Below, piece by piece: positions 52,001-60,870 of a stretch of 64,000 nucleotides of DNA; positions within the stretch are counted from its first letter, which is position 1, and every line of letters begins with the position of its first letter. The notes below the pieces were generated by a model, which saw only the letters and a list, made by a program, of their open reading frames with translations, did not search any database and was not told the DNA's origin. A program made the translations under genes and the position numbers. Source of the DNA: Amoebophrya sp. A120 (lineage: Eukaryota; Protista; Dinoflagellata); the NCBI GenBank assembly GCA_905178155.1, contig CAJINV010000020.1, forward strand, positions 124,001 through 188,000, in the 5' to 3' direction.

Positions 52001-54528
52001 ATTTTTACAGTTGATACTTTCCCCGCGCGCACATTTTGGTGCAACGTCGGAATCAGGTTCGCTTTCGACTCCGTCACCGCCCACGTGCCCTCCTTGGTCT
52101 TCGTGACCTTTATCAAATGTAAAAATGTCTGGGTCTGGAAGAATGCAACTTGTAATGCGTATTTCAGAACACAGAAAAGTCTCTCATGCATACGTAGCAA
52201 AAGCTCCCACTTTTTGCCAGCAAAATAGGGGACTTGTCATGCGGATTCGGCATTGCGGAAGGTTCTCGAAACCTGTCATGCTAGAGCTTCCATGCCAGAC
52301 CTTCTGTGTCATGCAAAAACAGCATGACTCTTCCAGACCCAGACATTTTTACAATTGATAACCTTGAGCGGCAGCTGAAACGCGATCACCATCACGGTGT
52401 CGCCCGGTCCGAGGTCCGCGTCGTCGTTTTCCTCCTTCAGTTTTTGCAAGATCGGATCGTCGTTCCAGAGATCGCCCTCGTTCAGGTCAAACCCGTCCTC
52501 GTTCTCGAAATTACCCTCGACCGACGAGAGCCGCCCGTCTTCCGAGTGATTTACGTGGGTATTGCCCCGGTGAATCACCGGCGCGGACCCCGCCGGCTGC
52601 AGGGAACGCAACATGCCGCCCTGGGTAGCAGCTGTGCTGCCATGGTTGTACCTACTTCTGCTGGTGGGGTGAAACTGCTGTGTGGCAGCTGCCCCATAGC
52701 TCTGCTGGTTCAAGCTGTAACTCGACGGCCCTTGTGATCCTGCCGAGGAAAAACCTCCGCCGAACGTTGTTCTGTGCAGCGGCCCAGCTCCGAACGACGT
52801 AGTTCCACCCCGCAGCTTGCTGCTGCTTAGGCTGTGCTGGTTATGCAGTCCTCTTATGCCACTTCTTGCGGTTGAGCTGTTGCCCGCCGCCGTGTGGAGC
52901 CCTGCTAAAGTAGTAGAACTGCCAGTAGACGCAGAAGTCGCGTTTCCGAAGCCAAGAAGCTGCTGTCCTGGCTTGTTGGCATTCATATTTCTTGGCTGCA
53001 TATTATTGTTGCCCGCCTGATTCGTGCGCACTCCCAAAGCACTACTCTTGAGCGGCTTGAGTTGCGTTCGTCCGTTCCCCACGGCCATATGCACCAAGTG
53101 GTATGAGCCGTCGAGCTGATCGAACACCGGCTCGGGGCTGTGGCCCCGGGCTGGGTCGTCGTCTGTCGTTGGCGCGCTGTCGCAGCTGCTCGCCCGCGCT
53201 GCCGCGGTTGTGGCACTCGAGGACGCGGCGCGCGATCGAGGCGGCTCGGTGCTGGCCTCGGAGGTGCGACAGAGCGGGTGGGTTCCTGTTAACTTCGCGT
53301 CCGGCTGCTCTACTGCGGTCAGCAACTTGGAAAAGTTCCGGAACCACCCCTCGTCATCCTCCACCGTCATCTCTTGCCCGCTCGGCCGCAGCGTGTACCG
53401 GTGCGCATCCAGCCACCTCACCCGAGTCACTTTCATTTCCGAGTCATCGCTGTTGTTCTCAGGAACACGGTCTTGAAGATGTTGAAACGTGCTGCTTGTA
53501 CTAGCTGCTGCTGCGCTCGATGTAGTGGCACGACCAGCTTCACCACACATCACTCTCCGACTCGCGTCTGTCGTAGACGAAATACCGCTGCCACCGCTGT
53601 TCCCATCCTGCCGCGTCTGCTCTTCACGAAGACCGTTGACAGCCTGATTTCCACCCGGCGTGCAGGTTGATCCCGTACTACTCCCCGGGACGAGGTCCTC
53701 ACGGCCGCGCGAGGATCCGAAAAAGGAATTCCACACGGACGCAAGGAAACCCGGGTCGCTGCCCCCGTCCGCTGCAACCGCGTCGGAACCCGGGGAGGCG
53801 GAACAATGCTCGCTTGTTTTGGGCACGGCCTCCTCCACAATGTATTGGTATTCTACCCTGTGGAGCGTGTAGTTTTACTCCAGAATGCAGATGATACCAT
53901 CTTTCCATTATCGCACCCAGGCTAAATGTGCTGGTGGCGTCGTCCAACTGTTGTCCTACTTACATCAGCAACCCATGCAAAGTAATGCAGATGAGTACCA
54001 GGTATACTTCAATATTGTCGTGCCACCAGCCCCTATCGATCAACAGCAGAATAACGAGAAACGAAGGCAGAGCAAGTGCTAACGATGAATTTGAATACAC
54101 TCGAAGCGCACCACAAGCTGAGAAGACAGAAACAAATACGTTTCGCCCAGCGGCAAATGCACGGGATCGTTGCTGATCCAGCACGGGAAATAGTTTGGGT
54201 TGGTGTGGAGCTCGAGTGCGAGGTCCGGGTCCCACGATCCCAACTGCGGCGTGGACCCGACCAGCTTCACGCGCACGTTTTGGCTCTCTTCGTACTTGAA
54301 GCGGAAAAAGCATCTTGTGGTTGGCAACCGCGAGGAAGAGCTGCTGGTCTGCGGGATTGCAGCACCCCCAGAAGCTGTCGGTGACGCCTGGGCGGTCGGC
54401 GTCGTCGCGGCAGTTCCCGGGGCGGTCCCGAATGCCAACGCAGTGTAGGAACTCTGGCCGCCCGGTGTAGTGGCAGTCTCATCCGCCGACCCAACCGGAG
54501 AGGGCTGCTGCTGCACAACCACCTGCAT
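46036..54528 (-). CDS. CBM20-containing trehalose-6-phosphate synthase/phosphatase (GT20 + HAD phosphatase)
   Basis: CBM20 (KLVGSTPQLGSWDP); CVGWPG, FWIQDYHLLLLP, LYLHTPFPSS, RDGLNL, ILSEFTG, FFDNEGTL, CIGDDRSDEDMF, TVGQKPSKAKY; 8 TIR elements plus conventional introns; ends approximate. Confidence 0.9.
47724..48004. mobile_element. TIR introner family H (degenerate)
   Basis: TATCATCTGAGAAAAACTGCC...GCAGTTTTTCCACGTTCATA; DR 3/5; frame restored. Confidence 0.7.
48433..48708. mobile_element. TIR introner family A
   Basis: DR CGTTC; removal gives ALYRN|ANVLLDTQVRDGLNL. Confidence 0.9.
48834..49008. mobile_element. TIR introner family G
   Basis: TATCAAATGGAAAAAAGCAGGCAGG...CCTGCCTGCTTTTTTCTGGGGGATA; DR CGGAC. 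Confidence 0.85.
49064..49211. mobile_element. TIR introner family F
   Basis: TATCCTGTGCAAAAGTATCGCAC...GTACGATACTTTTGCAATGCATA; DR AGCAG; removal gives NVLL|VQCVYP. Confidence 0.85.
49809..49981. mobile_element. TIR introner family F
   Basis: TATGCATTGGTGCAAAAGTATAATCGCAC...GTACGATATTTTTGCACTGCATA; DR GACCG/GCCCG. Confidence 0.85.
50110..50327. mobile_element. TIR introner family E
   Basis: TATGCAAGAAAAAG...CACAGGTTTTTTTCCGGATA; DR GCGTC. Confidence 0.8.
51753..52016. mobile_element. TIR introner family A
   Basis: DR CTTTC; removal gives AGK|ARFRLLCVGWPG; interior homologous to 3453-3836. Confidence 0.9.
52111..52360. mobile_element. TIR introner family A
   Basis: Family A TIRs; DR ACCTT (AAGGT on the sense strand). 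Confidence 0.95.
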
Positions 54529-55403
54529 CGCGCAGGAGTTGTGGCTTCCTCGTGGAAACAAGCTATTTTGAAGATGCAAGAAGAACGAACGGCGTGCTGT
54601 CGAAAGTTCTACTAGGTGCAAGCAAATGAAACTCCCGCAGAGGCCCTCGAGGACGTCGGCTGTGGTCACAGCCGCAAGTTGCTTTAGTGAAGATCGGCCG
54701 TCCTGGGAGTATTGAGCAGCCGTGCCGTGCTTCCTACTCTAACAACTGTACCAAGACAAAGAAGAGTTGTAATTCAAACAAAAGAAATTCAAATTTTCTT
54801 TCAGGTCGCGAAAATCATAAAAGCAAGTCTTTGAAAAAAGGAGTTCCTCTGAGTAAATAGATTTTTTTACGCACGACAGCCACAAAGAAACCATGCACGA
54901 ACAAAACGATCCTGTGCATTATAGCGTTTTCAATTATCCCACATTGATTTTTCAACGACTACCGTCTTCAAGATCGTCTTCACTTCAGGGCGCGATTGAC
55001 AACAAAATGGATAATATGCCGGCGTCCGTTGTTGGCAGAAATGATAAAGCTGCAGGATATCATCGATGAGGAAGTACAACTAGACTTTTCCGTTTCGTAT
55101 GAGTCTGTGCGAGACTACGCGAGTTTCGGAAAGAAGCGGGCACAAGTGGACCAAAGATGAACACAAGTACTTCTTAACAAACACGACATGGTAACTACGT
55201 ACATTTGGGGCCAAGTTGTTCTTCCCAAATGTGGAGATGTCGTGTGTAAAATTTTTTTTCTCTACTTCCCTGAAGATGGGCCACGAAGGTGAAAAATAAA
55301 TATAAAAGAGGAGCCCCCCGATGTCAGAGACAATGACAAACATCGACTGATACTACTGTGCAGCCAGTAACATCAAGAAACAGCCACCCTTTCTTCCTCG
55401 TCC

Positions 55404-58400
55404 TCACTCCGTTCCGCTGACGAGGCAGCCCATGTTTTTTGCGACGGTGAGGACGGAATTCCAGTGCGGGTCTTCGGCCAGCAGGTTGGAAAACGCGCCA
55501 ATTACCACCATGCCGTCCTGCGCGCGGCTCAGCGCCACGTTCAACCGCTTTTCGTCCCGGAGAAACCCGATGGCCGCCGTGCGCACGCAAGAGATGATGA
55601 TCACGCGCTTCTCGCTGCCCTGAAAGTACTCTGCGGTACCCACTTCAATGTCGCCGAGGTACACCTCCCCGCTCTCGGAGAGGTTCATCAACTTCTGCTG
55701 GATCCACTTCACCTACGGTATGGAAGAAAAATTGGAAAAAACTGCTTCACCGTGTGCAATTAAGTAGGTTCAAAAGCAGGGGATTCAAAAACGGAAATTT
55801 CGAATGAGTCAAAGACTGCTTTTTAGTCTGCTTCGCCGATTATGGTGCAAAAAAGGACACTCACACTTCATGTTTCATGCTTATTCTGCTCCAGCAAAGA
55901 GCTCGCGTCGCATATTTTTACACGTACTTATGCCGGACTCGTCACATGGACCGCCGTGGTGCAAAATTTTCGTCACAGTGAAGCCGGGCGTTTTTCATAC
56001 GATATGAGCGTCGTAGAACGTGATCACACCAATATCATGAGGAAAAATGCCCCCTCCCCATATCGAAACGAAGTGTCTGATGCTGGATTTCCATACACAA
56101 ATCAGCTTTGTCTTGCAGTGGAGGAATGCAGGCATATGGCAAGCCTCAGCCGAGAGGTTTTGACGTAGGCGCCTAGCATGACAAACGTGCATGCTCTGAG
56201 CCAAACAGCATCACAAACCGCCTGAAAAATGCGAAACGCTTTCTGGACTTGCCTTCTTGCAAGACAGACAGGATTTGAGGTCACAAATGCGCATCACAAA
56301 TTTTCAGACGGATACGTTTTCGATATGGGGAGGGGGGATTTTTCCTTTTGATAACCAATGTCCTTGGTGCGGACATGCTGCGTTACCTCGTGGAGAACGT
56401 ATGAAACCAAAAATTTGGATTTGTAGAATGCAGTTCATCGTGCCATCGCTTCGCCGGCCTTCTTACGTCATGCACAGGAAAATTTTCCTCGTTCCTTGTA
56501 AAAGTTTTGCTCCACAGGGTCAAGTCGAATTACCTTATCTATGTATTCCAGAACAAAAAGCGCAAACCAGAAGCGGCAAACCAGAAGTAGCGGCAAAAAT
56601 GACAGTCACTGCAATCACGAACCCCCAAAGAACTCCCTCTGCGTACGATGTACTCGCAAACCAGGTGCGCCTCCAGCTGGTTGATGTAGCTCTGCTGTAC
56701 TTTTTCCTCCTTATGGCTCTGCTCCTCCCCGCCCAGGTCATGGAATAGTGCGGGCTGGCCGGTGGCGCGAAACCGCACGACGGTCTTCTCTCGGTCGGAC
56801 ATGGGTTTCAGCAGATTGCCGTAAAACACGTTCCACAGCCGGGTCAAGTCCGGGTGCGACCGGAAGGTCTTCGTCAGGAAGTAGATCTTTTCGTTCACCT
56901 GCGCCGGGGGGCCACCGCGAGCTGCAGATGAAACACTCGCGTTCAGCCGCAGCAGTTCCCGGCGGCGATGTTCCGCGCGGATACGCTCGGAGGCCAGGCG
57001 CTCCAGCATGCTGATGTTCAGCTGCAGCTGCTCGGCCTGCTGCTCTATCAAATGCAAATATGTCTGGGTCTGGAAACTTGTAATGCTGAGTGACGTAGTA
57101 AGTATGTCGTAGAGGCCACAGATGATAGCTCAGCATGACAAGCTTCTGAGCTTCTAAGTGTTGCCCATTCTGCGTGACAACCTGCGCTTCTGCATCACAG
57201 AAAAATAAGGCTTTTGGGTAACGTGCATGACAGACTTAAGGGTCTTGCTAGCCTAGCATGACAAACCTTGCACTTTTCCAGACCCAGACATATTTGCGCT
57301 GGATATGCTCCAGCACCGTCGGCCGCAGCTGCTTGTGGTCCCCGCACAGCACCACCCGGGCCCGGCGGGGGTTCAGCGCCAGCGGCACGTAGGCGTCGGG
57401 CTCCGTGCACTGCCCGGCCTCGTCCACGATGACCAGGTCGGGCACGAACACCACCGGGTTGATGGCCTTTTTTGCCGCCGAGTCGAAGAACGTGGGAAGG
57501 TTTCCCGCGGCGGTCGCCGTGGTCACCAGGACCCGGTGCGTGCTTTTGATGTCGTAACTGTCGCACGTGCTGTACTGGAGCATCATGCTGTGCTATCGAA
57601 AGAAAAAAGTTCGCCATAGTCAACTCAAGAAGCTGCAGGATTTGCATCACAAATTCTTCTACGCATCACAGCTTTTGCTTGTCTTGCACAACCACAAGGG
57701 AACCCCCGTATGACTACATTCGACTGTGATGCATGGCTAGTACGCATGACAGACAATTTTGTATTGCAACAGTGCGCATTGGTGATCGTGACGAACTTTT
57801 TCCTTTTGAATATGTGCCGCACGCACTCCTCCTTCTGCGCGAGCTCGTCCTCGCTCGGGTTTGCAGGGTCCAGCATGTCCGGTATCTCCGGAAAGTGGGT
57901 CTCCAGGTAGTGCTGGCGGGCGCGCGAGTTGACGCGGATCAGGTCCTTGGTCTGCAGACCGATCTTCTTCGCCAGTCCGACCAGCAGCAGGTCCGCGGCC
58001 TTGTTGGAGGGCGCGCACACCATCACCTTCACGTCGGGTAGGTGCTTCAGCACCTTCCACAGCGCGCACAGCAGCGTGAACGACTTGCCCGTCCCCGGCG
58101 GACCCCAGACCAGCATGGGGTTGCCGAAGCTGCAGTCCTCGGACAGGACACCCTGCACCACCTCCAGCTGCTCCGGATTCAGGCACGCGCGCAGGTTGTC
58201 GCAGATCGCGTCGCGGCACTGCTGCAGGGTCAGCGCGATTTTCCGGCTCACCTGCAGCTGCTCGTACTTCTCCAAATCTGTCAGCTCGGGTGGTTGGCTA
58301 GGGGTCGTCGTGTCCTCCTCAGTCATCTCGGGGTTCTTGCCCTGGCTGTCCGTGTTTTCATGCTCATCTGCAGGGTCAAAAGCGTCGGCGTTCGCGCCTC

Positions 58401-60550
58401 GCTCACCTACACTCCGCGGCGTTCCCTCCAGTAGAGATCCGGATGAAGACCGCTGGTGTACCTCTTCTTCCTCCGTCGCACCAGTACTACTCGCACCACG
58501 TCGACTGGAACCATCATTGTGAAGGAGCTGCTCTTTCTTCGACGCATCCGCTTTGCGCGACGAGGAACCTTTCTGGTGCCAGTCCTCGGGCGCGCAGTCT
58601 ATGGCGATGTGCCGCTTGCGCCACTGGCCGCGGGGCACGACGAAATCGACCAGCACATCCTTCCGCCCGCGCAAGTGGTGGCAGTCCCCCACCCCCTCCA
58701 GCCACAGCGTGACGGTGCCCGCGGGTTTTTCGTTTTCCACCGCATCGAGTAAAACGGCGCCGGTGGGCGTCAGATTGCGCGGCACCCGGACCGGCACGTT
58801 GCCCTCCATGTCGCTCAACTTCTGGATGGCCAGTTGCTCCCGCACCGCGGCGTCCGCGAGGGACGTCAGACTGCTGGGCCCGAAGGACGTGGCCCCAGCT
58901 CCGGCGGCTTGCTCAGCGTCATCGGTACCGCTTTGCGACGTCAAGGAATCTTCATCTGTAGTAGAAGAAGCTGTGCCTTCATCTTCTGTGCTAGGGGGTA
59001 GTCGCGCTGCACTAGACTCCTGTAATTGCTCCGCGCGTCTTCGCGTCGCCACGGTCGTGGACTCTAGCGTGCGGACGAAGTCGCGCCATTCCGGCGTTTG
59101 GCTCCACACCCGCACTATGCAAGAAAAAAACTGTGTAAGTGTAACTCTGTAATGCAGAACATGCCAGAGAGTTACGCCTCTCATGCCAGACACGCACAAA
59201 GTCCTCTTTCCATGTGTGTTTTCCCTTACCAGCCACGCATGACAGGTTTTCTCTACCATGTAGAGCAAATCTGTGATGCTGTTAGCCAAAGAAAGTTACA
59301 CTAACACAGTTTTTTTCTTGGATACGCACCTGGATCTTCTCGATCTCGCCCCGCTTGCCCTCCTTCACGTCCTGCGCCCGCGCGTGGCCGCTGGAGGTGA
59401 CTTTCCCGCCGAAATTCCGCGCGTCCAGTGCGCGCGGCTCGCGCAGCCGGCTCTGCGCCACGATCTTGCCCAGCACCGACGGCGCGACCGCCACCGCCTG
59501 CCCGCCGCGCACCTGCTTGTCGCCGTCCTCCGTGTTTTTAGCGTCGGTCGTCTCCAGCCGCCCGGCCTCCTCCTGGACGTGCTGCAACAGCCGCTTTTCC
59601 ACGTCGGACACGTACCCGGCCCGCGCATCGAGTGCAAAAATGTCTTTGCGTCTGGAAACGTGCGACCTTGTGAGGCGTTTTGCTGAAGATCATGATCAGA
59701 TTCACTTTCACACAAGAAACATCTGCCTTCCATCGGTTGCAAAAGATGCCCGATTCTGGCCATCCTGAGCAAGGACTTCTCGTGCAGAATTCTAGGACTT
59801 GCCAACGGACTGGAGACCTCCCTGATGTAACGACTCTAAAACCCTGCAACACGACCCCAAACCGCTCTGCGTGGGGTGGCAGTGTGTCAATGTGATGAAA
59901 GAACTGCATGACAAACAACTTCGGCGGACGATGTTCCATACCCAGACACTTTTTTCCACTGAATACAGCCGCACCTTGAGCGAATTCGTCTCGGCGTCCA
60001 CGTGGATCACGCGCGCCCGCATGGTGTTCAGCCTCTCGTCGATCGTCTTCTGCTGCGCACTTTCGTCCACCCAGATCGCCTCGTGCCACCGCCGCTTCAC
60101 CATCTCGCGCCACCGCAGCGTCCCCCGAGCCTCCCGCAACCGCACCTGGTGTGCCGAGGGACCCAGGTGCAGGTACTCCAGCGGAAGCAGGTACTTGTTC
60201 TGCGCAATCCCCGCGAGGGGCTGGTGCGAATCTTTTTCTTTCGTAACTTCTGGACCGGCGTCCCTGTCTTGATTCTGGTGTGGGCTCCTGCGAAGGTACA
60301 ATTCATGACTACTAGTTGTAGTAGAGCCCGTGCTGGTCGTGTCAGTTGAACGAGAGGAAGACGAAGGTGAGTTCCCAGTGTACGTCGGTGTCGGGGCACT
60401 TTTCGTAGCTGCGGTGGTCGGCCCCGTCGTGGTGCGCAGGTATGCCGCAGTCGACGGCGCGGTACCAGCATGTGGCTGCGGGTATCTGCTCAGCTTTGGT
60501 GCCGCCGCGCTACTAGAGGACGAGAAGAAACACGAGCGACAACGCTTCAT
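55404..60550 (-). CDS. Superfamily 1 RNA helicase, Upf1/MOV10-like
   Basis: VWGPPGTGKS, VCAPSNKAAD, IVDEAGQ, LCGDHKQL, FRSHP, IGVITFY, GTAEYFQGSEK, RLNVALSRA; in frame after removing 7 insertions (~1078 codons). Confidence 0.88.
55714..56004. mobile_element. Atypical TA-bounded TIR insertion without a usable 5-nt DR
   Basis: TACGGTATG...CATACGATA ends plus a GCTTCAC(C/T)GTG inverted match; exact removal gives YDAQVKW. Confidence 0.6.
56033..56353. mobile_element. TIR introner family I
   Basis: TATCATGAGGAAAAATGCCCCCTCCCCATATCGAAA...TTTCGATATGGGGAGGGGGGATTTTTCCTTTTGATA; DR ACCAA; removal gives KDIG|VITFY. Confidence 0.9.
56400..56645. other. Non-canonical intron, possibly a highly degenerate introner
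   Basis: TA at both ends, weak TIR, only a CGT overlap; removal gives CEYI|VLHE. Confidence 0.5.
57046..57305. mobile_element. TIR introner family A
   Basis: DR TGCTC; removal gives PTVLE|QQAEQ. Confidence 0.9.
57594..57812. mobile_element. TIR introner family J
   Basis: TATCGAAAGAAAAAAGTTCG...CGAACTTTTTCCTTTTGAATA; DR TGTGC. Confidence 0.85.
59116..59324. mobile_element. TIR introner family E
   Basis: TATGCAAGAAAAAAACTGTGTAAGTGTAAC...GTTACACTAACACAGTTTTTTTCTTGGATA; DR CGCAC. Confidence 0.92.
59626..59965. mobile_element. TIR introner family A (degenerate; left end CA instead of TA)
   Basis: CATCGAGTGCAAAAATGTCT...CCCAGACACTTTTTTCCACTGAATA; DR 3/5; removal gives KVRL|AGYVSD. Confidence 0.75.
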
Positions 60551-60870
60551 CTTCTGGATAATTTACTTCTTACGTGAGACGAGCGGGAAAGATTTGTAAA
60601 TAATATCGACCTTGCTCTAGTAGCAAAACCCGAGGACTCGCCGCGTTTTCTGTCTATTGAGAAGCGACTCCGTGTTGATTATATCCCAGAATCACTTCTT
60701 GCCGAAAGAGACATGCGACTGCAGATGGCTTGCTAGAGCCGGTCTCTCATCGCTCATTTCTACGTGCAGCGGCGCACACAAATACCGTATGAATGTGTCC
60801 TTCCACTTGCGAAAAAAAAGACTGCTGCAGCCATCCATGCTGAGCGAAGCTATGTTCGTAGGCAACAATT

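Noticed and set aside
3453-59965. Recurring short-ORF peptides such as CKNVWVWK, FQTQTFLH, LPDPDIF and AKMSGSGR suggesting a protein family
   Set aside because: They are translations of the family A TIR in different frames, not genes.
826-60349. Many long plus-strand ORFs (e.g. 2815-3834, 8057-9313, 46841-47797)
   Set aside because: Antisense shadows of GC-rich minus-strand exons with no recognisable motifs.
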